This document shows, one piece after another, positions 1 through 10,100 of a stretch of 64,000 bases of DNA (the first letter of the stretch is position 1; each line of letters begins with the position of its first letter). The notes under the pieces were generated by a model. It had not been told where the DNA came from. It searched no databases and worked only from the letters and a program-made list of their open reading frames with translations. Location of the stretch: the NCBI GenBank assembly GCA_977030845.1, contig OZ365111.1:12152001-12216000 (forward strand), read 5' to 3'. Position numbers and translations under genes: made by a program. The DNA is from Fimbriosthenelais zetlandica. Lineage: Eukaryota.

Positions 1-63
1 ATATCATCACAGTCTACATACCATTGGTCTTTCAGAAGTGGCTCAATGACATCTCCACTGCGA
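1..63 (-). CDS. VARS2: VARS2 exon 12 (partial)
   Basis: ttttcag acceptor at 65-64; encodes (S)[20 protein letters not shown]. Confidence 0.9.
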
Positions 64-3000
64 CTGAAAACAAAATGATGTATGTAAATTCTGCAGGGAA
101 ATGTAGAAACGTTTCTAAACATTGATTGAAAATTTCAAACATTGGTACCTGCAGGTTGGTAATGTCATAGGATGATCCTCTACACCTCTGAGTAGATTCA
201 TATCTGTCAGTGCCTTTTTCACCTCTTCTCTTGCAATAAATCGTGGCTTGCCCTTAAATTGAATTAAAATATTTAATTTAGGAACATATATTAATAAATT
301 ATTTATTATTAAATTAATATATTATTAAATAAATACATCCACTTAAAAGGCACAGTAATATTCTAGGCATCAATATATATATGAAAGTATATTCTATTGT
401 GAAATTCTTCAGAGACAAAAGTATATAATATTCTTGAAAAAAACAGAAATGTTTATAATTTTACCAGGAATTGTTCAGGAACGTTTATCATTCGGCCATG
501 ATCATCCAGCACGTTGATAAGCGGCAGCCGATGACGAACCCCTACTACATTATCAGTGTAATCATGAGCTGGTGTAAGCTTAACAGCACCTATATTAATA
601 AAAGAAAACATAAAATAAAGATCTAGATTTTATCTTCCAAATGAACCATGCCATTTCATTTTTATTGCCAGAACTGACCATCGCAAGTAGCTTTGGAGTT
701 CTTTATATTCTTTTAAGTTTTTTTCTATTTTTACGTTGTCAAATTATTAAATACCTGTATTACAAAAAAAATCAAACAATTTTTTAAAAAGAGTGAACAA
801 AGCTGTGGTCTTAATAACAGTTCTGCCGGAACATAAAATGGACACAAATGCATTGAGGTTAAATAATGTACCTGAGCCAAATTCTTTGTCCACAAATGTA
901 TCACAGATGATGGGTAGGGAGGCACCGTTCAGTGGGTGAGTGAGTCTACAGCCGTGTAGGTGGGTAAAGCGGGGGTCGTCAGGGTGGACAGCTACTGCAA
1001 CATCACCCAACATAGTCTCTAGTCTGGTGGTCGACACTATCACCTCCTCATCTACAAAGAAATTGTAATTCTTAAACATTTTCAAAACTTATACACTCAC
1101 ACTGGAAATACGTTCAAATCAAATTTGGTTCTGATATTGTTTCATCTGGAACCAAGTGCAAGTTAAAAATAAAAATATATATCTTATCTTACCAGATCCC
1201 TCAACAGGGTAAGCAAATGACGTCATTTGGCCAAAAGGAATTTCCTTCTCGTAACCAGGAATTTGGATGAAGGTTTTCTTATCGAGGTTTATATTTTCAA
1301 CCTGAGAATGAAAGCAATTTATTTGTAAGATAATCATATATAAATATCTTAAGGAATATTGCATGATTATGTTTGGTTTAAGTTTTAGAAGTACAGACCT
1401 CTATGTCTGATATGGCTGACTTGAGGGCACAGGACCAGTTGACAAGCCTCTCACTCCTGTAAATGAGACCTTCTTCGTGAAGTCTGATGAATGCTTCATC
1501 CACTGCGTAGCTGTGCCCCTAGTGATATAGAATCAATCAATATTATAGAAACTATTCCTTTAATATTGAAGATGTTCGAGCGAATAAAATGATGTCTCAA
1601 ATTTTAAAGAAATAGAGAAATGTCATATTTCTTATAGGAACGAATGATTTTCAAAAAATTCCAATAATTATTCTACAATTCATCGAAAAAAAGAATGATT
1701 ATCTTACTGGATCCAAAGTAAAATATTCACGGGACCAATCCAGCGATGAACCCAGTCGCCTCATCTGCTCAGAAATAGCATTTCCTTTCCTGTAAAATAT
1801 TAAATAAATTGCATTCGACACAAATAGATTATATATACCCAAATAAATATTCCCCCTTCCTGAATTCAGTGAGTCTATGCCTACATTTTTCTTGGTACAT
1901 GAAACACATAGGGGTTGCTCAGAACTGTGCATAATAAATTTGAACTCACTCTTGTTTCCACTTCCACACTTCGTTGGTGAAAGCCTCCCGGCCTATTTCA
2001 TGTCTAGTTTTGTTCTGTTCCCTCCACAGTTTCTTCTCCACTACCACCTGTGTGGCAATACCAGCATGGTCTGACCCCGGCAACCACAGCACCTTACGTC
2101 CACACATTCTGTGCCTGAAATTGAAGTATTCAAGATACATAATGTTTTACATTTATTTTTAATTAATGGTATTTACTGTTATAGGGTTAGGCTACTTACC
2201 ACCTAGCTAAGCTATCTTGGATGCTATTTCCTAGAGCATGACCAAGATGTAGTGTACCAGTAATGTTTGGAGGAGGAAGGCATATGGAGAATGATCCATC
2301 ACTTTTGTTCTTCTAAAATTCACAAGAGAACATGAAATTATACAGATCTCATTCTCATTCAGATACCCTTAGGCATCAATACATAATTTATATGCTTTAA
2401 TAATTAAGAATATTTTAATAAATAATTTGCCACAGACTTACTCTGGATTCGGGTGAGAAATGACCAGATTTTTCCCACCACTCATACCAGGCTGCCTCAA
2501 CATAGTCTGGGCTATACGTGTTTGGAAGGGGGCAACTTGTAGCTGGAAACAAATTCTGAAATTAATCTGAATTCAATAATAACTAAATAACAGTAAAATG
2601 TCCAAGACTAGGTTATGTGCCGTATATAACTTTGTAAGTTTCCAAATTGCCATAATTTAACAGTCGAAATTAAAATACTTTCGGTAGAATATACTTTGCG
2701 GTGACTAACATTTCTTTTCTCCAGGAACTGTTGGAACTGTGTAGAGGGGATCAATCCTTAGTAATTTCTGAAAAATTAAAAAAACATACAAGCACAAGAT
2801 TAGGCTTACCTAGAAGCTGTTTGACAGACGAGGCAAAATATATGACTCACAAATTACTAAATCATATCAGTAGATAAAATGTCCATAATTATTGTCTACG
2901 GTACTAGTATTATTAAAATGAGAAGATATGATCAAACCTTTTGCTGTTTTAGTTTTTGACGCTCCAAAGCCAGCAGTTTCCTTGCTTCCTTTTTAGCTTT

Positions 3001-3339
3001 CAGTGCCCTTCGTTTTTCAGAGCCATCGTCCTTTATCCTGTTATTATCTGGAGCTTCAGATTCGGATGTTGAATAACACCTTTTTCCAGAAGTTTGTTTA
3101 CAGCTGGGGCAATGTCTGTCAATGGGAATAACAGTGGGCCAGACATATCTCTCTACAACCGAGTGGAAATTCCGGCAAATTGAGGATGTTTTGTAAAATA
3201 CTGGCAGGGTATGCATAGATCCACATGAACTGCTTAGGAATCGTAACTTGTGGCGGTCCTCCTTCCCTCTGAATCTCTGTAAAAGACGCAACCAACGATG
3301 AATATACATCCCTGCATGCCGGTTCAAGGAGGCGGCCAT
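1..3339 (-). CDS. VARS2: Valyl-tRNA synthetase, mitochondrial type; gene span, 3' part outside the window
   Basis: 12 GT-AG exons join in frame: 3339-2938, 2767-2710, 2542-2442, 2312-2200, 2114-1950, 1789-1708, 1518-1399, 1301-1193, 1051-872, 589-465, 252-149, 63-<1. The protein has the class-I HIGH motif ([13 protein letters not shown]), plus [54 protein letters not shown] and [16 protein letters not shown]. The Arg-rich presequence and the PGSDHAG/RSGDVIE variants favour the mitochondrial paralog. Confidence 0.93.
149..252 (-). CDS. VARS2: VARS2 exon 11
   Basis: [34 protein letters not shown]; flanked by ag / gtacc; phase 0 to 2. Confidence 0.9.
465..589 (-). CDS. VARS2: VARS2 exon 10
   Basis: (G)[41 protein letters not shown]; phase 1 to 0. 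Confidence 0.92.
872..1051 (-). CDS. VARS2: VARS2 exon 9
   Basis: (D)[28 protein letters not shown]...DKEFGS; phase 1 to 1. Confidence 0.93.
1193..1301 (-). CDS. VARS2: VARS2 exon 8
   Basis: [36 protein letters not shown]; phase 0 to 1. Confidence 0.9.
1399..1518 (-). CDS. VARS2: VARS2 exon 7
   Basis: [40 protein letters not shown]. Confidence 0.92.
1708..1789 (-). CDS. VARS2: VARS2 exon 6
   Basis: (E)[27 protein letters not shown]. Confidence 0.92.
1950..2114 (-). CDS. VARS2: VARS2 exon 5
   Basis: (W)[30 protein letters not shown]...WKWKQ. Confidence 0.93.
2200..2312 (-). CDS. VARS2: VARS2 exon 4 (HIGH motif)
   Basis: [37 protein letters not shown]; gtaagt donor. Confidence 0.93.
2442..2542 (-). 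CDS. VARS2: VARS2 exon 3
   Basis: (S)[33 protein letters not shown]; the acceptor gtttccag fits the phase-1 donor of exon 2. Confidence 0.85.
2710..2767 (-). CDS. VARS2: VARS2 exon 2
   Basis: [19 protein letters not shown], matching the conserved ValRS Y-x-I/V-PT-x-PGEKK segment; ttttcag / gttagt. Confidence 0.85.
2938..3339 (-). CDS. VARS2: VARS2 exon 1 (mitochondrial presequence plus Lys/Arg-rich helix)
   Basis: [26 protein letters not shown]...[27 protein letters not shown]; donor AAG|gtttga. Confidence 0.85.
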
Positions 3340-3408
3340 GTTGGATGGGGATCACCGGAAGTGAGGATTCCCTCTCTAGTTCCTGGTTTACACGTACAAA
3401 ATGGCGGC
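3331..3408. promoter_or_regulatory. Candidate bidirectional promoter core (ETS/GABP-like and two YY1-like motifs)
   Basis: CCGGAAGTG at 3355-3363, CAAAATGGCGGC at 3397-3408 (+), and AACATGGCCGCC over the VARS2 ATG (-). The region is locally CpG-rich. Confidence 0.6.
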
Positions 3409-4854
3409 GCTCCAGTCACAAAATTTTAATAGATAGCTTGGTTCCCGCCTACTGTCTTGGTGGCGCTAGTGGCGCAAACATCTCAGTTCAGTTAGGTCTT
3501 GGGACAAGGCTATTTAATAGATCTTAATAATTTTATCAAGGATAGTAGACTCTACTATCCTTGATATTATTCCCACGCCTGGAAAGATTTACTCAAGCGA
3601 TAATAAATATAAATAACTAATATTAACCTACATATTTATGCATTCTAATATTTATAATATTATCACTTGAGGTAGGGCCTATAGACTTTGTATGCTGCTA
3701 AGCTACATAGAGAGATGTGACCTGAAGTCACCTTGATTTACGTCTTGCCATAGATTTATGTCTTACCATTATTTAGCATATGTCCTACCATTAGGCCTAG
3801 GCCTATATTCTACATCTTTTATTCTGGGTTTCATAGGCCTACATGCAGCATGAGGAATTATTTATAAGCTTACGGGACATGCAATACAGTTGACCAATCA
3901 TGCTTTCATTAATAGCATATATACAAGTTTTATTGGATTAATTAAATTTGTTCTTTGTATAAATTATGAGGGTAATATAGTGATTAGGCCTATTGATAGT
4001 ACAGCAATGCTAATTTTGTTGTGAGAATGATTTCTTTCAATATGGACTGTAACTTAGTTGCTGGATTATAGGTGGGATTAACTCTGGGATCAAGTCGGAC
4101 CAGTAGACTGATCCCTATATTAGCACTCACTGCATGGGGAGAGATTCAACTGGCTCTCTCGTGTGAAAATTCCATATCCACATACTGTACATATGTAAAG
4201 TCACGAGGCTTATTTCAAACATGCAGTAATAAGTAGGTTATTAATGACAAATCTCCAAAGTGTGTTGACCAAGAATTAATATCGGCACTTCATACCATGC
4301 TCTTGTTTTCGAAACAGCTAGGAATATTTGATATATGTAGGCCCAGGCCTATATTTCCTCGAAGGAGACGTAGATGAAAAATTAATTGGTTGCTTGTTGT
4401 ATGATTAAAATTCATCAATGATGGAACTGCTAATGTGGACATCGCTGCCTACATGTGTACTGCATGCTGATGGCAATCTGTGACAATACCATTTCGTATA
4501 CACGTACAAGGTATTTTATTTTACCCATTTTAACCATAGGATTTTACGGAATCTCATGCACCACCCTGGAGTTAAAGTCTACTTATTTAGGTCTGATTAG
4601 GCCTATAGATTTCTTGGAGATTCTATGTACGGTTTTGTGTTCATATATAATTATTACCTGCATGCAGGTATAGTTAGTGACGTTCCTCTTGGAGTTTCTT
4701 TTCAATGCTGCATGTAATATATTCCGTGTAAATAACTATGTAATTTTTAAATGAAAAACATAAATATAAACATGTATATTTTTATAAGTTTATATTCTAT
4801 TGCAGGAAAAATGGTGATCGATAGATTTTCTGAGGAAATTTGAAAATAGAAGTA

Positions 4855-6225
4855 ATGGCTTCAACTGGAAGTTTTCCAATAATATCTCGGACCTCGTCTC
4901 CTATGACTGCTTCTCTCAAAATCAGAGGAGTCATAGAGAAAGGCTATAATACAACATGGAGTGAAAAGGATAAAAAATTACTAGAAACACTGCAGAGATG
5001 CCGCGAGAGGTTAGCAGATCGTTTAAAATGTAACGATGCACAAGACAGACTGAATATATCAGCAGTAATTAAAGTCAAAAGGAAAGGGGAAGGAGAAGAT
5101 AGGAGGTCGCAGCGGAAAGATGCAAATACAAAATCCAGGGTTAAATCATACCCCCAATTTTCTGTTGTGTCTTATTCAGAAGACAAACAATCCAAATGGA
5201 TGCAGGAGAGAACGAAAAGGTCTTCAAAAAAGCCCAAATATCTTCAGTTTCCTCCCACTGAAAATAAAAAGCCGAATTCACAATATGGCAACGCCTTTAC
5301 TTCTATGCGAAAATGTGACAGTAAAGGTGGAGGTTGTGTAGCGAAATTCCCTTATAAAGGAAATGTCGAGGCTGGCGACGATGAAGTAATAGACAATGGA
5401 GTTAAAGTTTTGAAGGTTGAACCCATTTTGAGGACATCAACTTCCCTTTCAGGTAGAGAGCTAAAGAGTAAATCAGACCAAAGTCGGCCAAGGCATAAAT
5501 ATGTTATGTGTGAGTCACCATCTTCAGACCCAGCGAATATAGTGATACCAACAGCTGGAACACACTTGAAACCGAACTCTTCATTACCTGAAAAATCTAT
5601 ATCCAAAGAGAAATACAATAAAAATGAAATAGCCATTAAATATTCGAGAGGACCAAAGAAAGAGATTATCAAGGTATCGGCCAACATCATTGACTTCAGT
5701 CCCTCTGTTTCCAGCAAGGCACAAATCCTACTCAAGGAGAAAATATCCAAAAGAACTTATGATTTTCCTGGTACTGCCCCAATATCAGGGGTCAGGATAT
5801 CAAATCATTTTTCCACGACTGTCCCTTCACAGCATGACAAATTTTCATTACCGAATATTCCCAAAGAAAGAAAAATTAAACAGTCACTAGTCGAAAACTA
5901 CTGTATTCCCCAGAAGATTCGTGATGAGACACCACTAAATAATAGGCCTAACAGCTGTTGCGATACAAAACAAAATGATTTGAACTCCATTATTCATCAA
6001 GAGGAATCCTTCAAAACACCTGGAACAATATGCCCAGCACCATCGCCTGAGAGTGAACGGCAATATGACAATACTATCAATACACCTGATAAAATTTTCG
6101 TTTTGAATGTTACTAATTTAACTTCCCCTAATTTAGCATCCTCAAAGATGCCTTCAAGAAATTTAGAATCGTTTTCCAACCGTCCCACTTCGTGTATGAG
6201 TAAAATTACGCATGGAATTATATAA
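4855..6225 (+). CDS. Uncharacterised Lys/Ser/Pro-rich, probably disordered protein of about 456 aa (single coding exon)
   Basis: 1.37-kb stop-free frame in AT-rich DNA; first ATG at 4855 (gtaATGg). A splice acceptor (tattgcag) at 4805 implies a non-coding 5' exon. AATAAA at 6309 and 6314. No recognisable domain. Confidence 0.65.
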   Translation: MASTGSFPIISRTSSPMTASLKIRGVIEKGYNTTWSEKDKKLLETLQRCRERLADRLKCNDAQDRLNISAVIKVKRKGEGEDRRSQRKDANTKSRVKSYPQFSVVSYSEDKQSKWMQERTKRSSKKPKYLQFPPTENKKPNSQYGNAFTSMRKCDSKGGGCVAKFPYKGNVEAGDDEVIDNGVKVLKVEPILRTSTSLSGRELKSKSDQSRPRHKYVMCESPSSDPANIVIPTAGTHLKPNSSLPEKSISKEKYNKNEIAIKYSRGPKKEIIKVSANIIDFSPSVSSKAQILLKEKISKRTYDFPGTAPISGVRISNHFSTTVPSQHDKFSLPNIPKERKIKQSLVENYCIPQKIRDETPLNNRPNSCCDTKQNDLNSIIHQEESFKTPGTICPAPSPESERQYDNTINTPDKIFVLNVTNLTSPNLASSKMPSRNLESFSNRPTSCMSKITHGII

Positions 6226-6855
6226 GAAATAGACCCTAATCACCCATTTTTCTATGCCTAGGTATATCGTAGCCCTACCATATTTTAGGCCATATGGGGT
6301 AAGGTTCAAATAAAATAAATTCGTAGAATTACGTAGCTGGATGATTTTATATTCAATACTTGTAGGTCTACTCTTTTTAACCTTTTCAATTAAAATAAAT
6401 AAATACCGTACTAATTTAATTTTTAAAAACTAAGTTAACTTTCATATTCCCCAATAGGTTATATGGAGGAATTCTAGGCGTATTTTTGTTCTATTAATCC
6501 CGGTATATCTTCTAAAAAGATTTGTTTACCTTTCATTTGCGACTAAAATATGGAATATTTTGTTGTTGTTTAATGTCAACTGAATGTTTTAGCACTTTTT
6601 GTCATTCACCAATTGATATAAAAATGTTAAAAATCAATCCGTGTGTCTTTTGTGTATTTCAAATAAAAATGTTAGGTCTAATATCTTGTGTCGAATTTAT
6701 CCAGATATTTTGCAGCCGTGTCAGTCTCATGTTATAAAATATCATAGGCAGTAGGCGAACGGGTTGGGGACCGGAGGGACTATGCCCATCGAGCAAAAAT
6801 CAATGATGCTATGCCTTCCTTTCCTCTCCGTTCCGTGGCGGGAAACGCATGAGAA

Positions 6856-6991
6856 CCACGTGGGTGTGTTTACATTTTGAGTCTCGCGGTAGTCACATGA
6901 CCGCGAGACCAGCAATGTCTAGGTGTGACGTCAGAGGAAGAGATTGGATAGACCCCCCTCTGCATGGCTGGATTTCTATCGAGTATAAAAG
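6856..6991 (+). promoter_or_regulatory. GTF2A1 proximal promoter
   Basis: CCACGTGG E-box at 6856, palindromic TCTCGCGGT..ACCGCGAGA at 6882-6908, CRE TGACGTCA at 6926-6933, ATTGG (CCAAT box) at 6943, TATAAAAG at 6984, all within about 230 bp of the ATG at 7081. Confidence 0.6.
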
Positions 6992-7080
6992 CAACCCGTG
7001 GCAGACATTATCGGCTTCGGTGAAGCCCCTCTTTCTATATAACCCACGTCACTCAGAGAGAAGAACCGAGGGATTCATCG

Positions 7081-7101
7081 ATGGCTTCCCATAATAACGT
7101 G
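7081..7101 (+). CDS. GTF2A1: GTF2A1 exon 1
   Basis: MASHNNV followed by a gtgagt donor, phase 0. Confidence 0.8.
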
Positions 7102-10100
7102 GTGAGTGTCTGTTTCTTCGCAATTTGGGGCCGGTCTGATGCGGAGAATGGCCTGATCGGACATGTTTTTCCTCTTCCCCAATACACATTAGATGACAGT
7201 CGACCGGGTGATGGCTTGTCCATCTTGGATAGCACTGTGTAGTCTGTAGGCTAGTGTTAGAAGCATAGTGTAGCTACCACAGTACTACTGTGGCAGTCAC
7301 ACAACCATCCTCCTCAGACTCAACCAAACGTGCCCAACAAAATCCACCAGACTATCTACACTACAGCTACCGTACTACTAGATCATGTATCTTTGTAAAG
7401 AGATTTTGTAGGGTGTGCAATGGCTGATAAAATCATTATTCTTGCTCCATAATAATAATCTTCTTTCAACTACTCTCACTCTCAGCTCCGGTGGCTCATT
7501 CCTATTTCCTAGCGGAGTGAGGCCTGAATGAGGCAGGCCTACCCTTGGGCCTATCCCCTGTGTCCCCATGTAGGCATACTCTATTACCCTGTCCAATTAT
7601 TACAATACACATAGAACGTAGAAGATAGTATTTTGACAAATTATAAACGTAATATGGACAAAGACCTCTAGTAGTAGAGGCCGACTAAGCTAGACTTTTT
7701 TTTATATGAATTCACTGACTGAGGTGTGGCTCTGGCTCGTGTGACTTTAGTTTAGCCTAGGCCTATGGCTATGCATGTGGTAGATCTCCTTTTAAATAGC
7801 CGGTAATTAAAAAAAAAAAATGGGTAAAGGGGGGTGGACAGTAGGCCTAATATCCTACCCGGAGTAACTAATTATCTAAATTATCTAATAGTAAATAATA
7901 TCATAATTATTAACATAAGAAAAAAAGCAAGGCCAAGCTCATCACTTCAATGCAACATTAGAAAAATAAATGCAATAAATTAATCTTTAATACACCGAGC
8001 TCCATAATTGTTTGAATCTAGATATGTCCAACATCACTGTCTGGAAAGCCAACAGACTACAGTGATCGGTCTAAAACCTCATCATGTCAACTGACTGAGG
8101 GATAGACTAATAGGCCTATAGACCTTCTTACAGTTACACTAGTCTAGTATTTAACAGAATGTTTAGATCTAGATCTACCCCATTTTTATTTTTAGCTGAA
8201 TATTATTAACGTTATGTCATTGTTACAAATTTTAATATTTTCCTTCAGCGAAAGCTTTACCAGTCTGTTGTTGACGATGTGATCAATAATGTGCGAGAAG
8301 CATTCCTGGATGAGGGCGTGGACGAGCAAATACTACAGGAGCTTAAACAGGTAGATTTTCTACTTTAGTTTTGACAGCTTATTTATGTGGGGAAAGCTAC
8401 TTCAGAGAGGCTCCCTATCAATCCAGTTTATGGATTTTAATTTCCATATTTCAACCCAGTTTGTAATTTGTCAGGACAGCTTTTGGCACCTAATTTTATT
8501 ATTGTAGATCCAGATGTATAGGCCAAGGCCTTAGATAACACCAACGAGAGTACCGGTACTTTATTTTACTCTCGTTGATAGGACACATAAATTAAAATAT
8601 AACTACTCAGGGCCTAGCCTAGACAATGGTTTATAGGCCTAACCGTTACTAAATGCGAAAATATATTATGAATTTTTATTTATATTAAGAAATAAATTAC
8701 CGGGTACCGTATATGATGATATTTCTTCCAGCTATGGGAATCAAAGTTACAACAGTCCAAAGCTGTAGATCCTATCAATAAAGAGCACGAGGAGTTGTAT
8801 ATGACATATCAACAGCAACAACAACAGAAACAACAGCAACCACAACAACACCAGCAACATCAGCAAGTCCAGCATGCAGCACACGCACCAATCCAGCAGA
8901 CAGTTATCTCAGGTCCGCCCCCTGGTGTCAATGTCACACAACTCTCACAGAAACCAGTCCTAGCTCAAACAGGTGAGGTCCCCATTGGTTACATAATGAT
9001 CAGATATATCATTGGCTCTATTTTTACTAAATTTATGACACCGGTACATATAGGCCTAAACACTTGGAAATTAGAAAAAAAAAAAGAATAAGAAAAGGTG
9101 ACATGTGTAGAGATACCTGATAGTGTACACATACATTCTTTGAAAGAAAGAAAAATATTAAAAAAAAAAAAATTAAAAGATTATACCGTATTTAAAAGAA
9201 ATCAATTTCATATATAAATTTGTCACACAGCATTTATTGAAGAAAATTAATCTCTGTACTTTTCATATTTTAATTTCCGCTCCAGTCACTCTATCACAGG
9301 CGGCGCAACTACCACAAGGAATCCAGATCGCGGCATCCAACCTGGTTAGTATTTTATTCCGTGAACTTAATTAAATTAAAATTAAAAACTTAAAGGCGCG
9401 GTGAAAATCCCATACTGCAGGAAAGACATATATTATGTTATATATAAAGATATAAATTCGATCTTTGTTAAAATATTTATATGGGCTTTTACCATGGCAA
9501 TAGTTTAAATAAAGTTAATATGTGATGTACACTTCATGTGTCATCTCTCTCTTGTCACAGAGTGCAGGCGCACAGCAAGCCACTCTGGCCCTTCCTGGAG
9601 GAATCCTACCACAACACATCATCAGTGGTCAACTGAGTAATGGAACAATCACCCTCCAAACCAGCCCGGCAGCAGCTCAAATACTGCTACAACAGCAGAC
9701 AGGGCAGGGGCCTGCCACCATCACCATGGCTAACCCACAACAGATAGCAGCGGTCCAACAGTTAGCCCGGTCCCAGGCTCTCGCTGCAGCCGGCCAACTA
9801 ACACCCAAATCCGAGGTCTCTATCACTCTTTAAAAAATAATTTAAAATTTTTTAAATAAAGCGACTAAATGTGAGACTACCACTATTTTCTGGTAAAATT
9901 GAAATAAATTCAAAATATTTTTTTTTTTAGAAAACTATCATAGCTAAATTCTCATTTCTTCTTGTTTTATAATAGTCTATAGATTCATTTTGTGGGTGCT
10001 ATGCCATTTTTGATGTTGAACATTACAATCAGACTTTGGGATAATATTTTTAGTCTCAAAATGTATAAATAAAGTAAAAGTATCATTTTCTGTTTTTAGC

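Noticed and set aside
2543-2555. Upstream acceptor at 2557/2556 giving NLFPA- at the start of VARS2 exon 3
   Set aside because: It is in frame only if exon 2 is skipped, which would delete the conserved PTxPGEKK segment. The acceptor at 2544/2543 fits exon 2.
4840-4854. ORF-track start at TTG 4840
   Set aside because: Non-ATG start in a eukaryote; the first in-frame ATG is at 4855.
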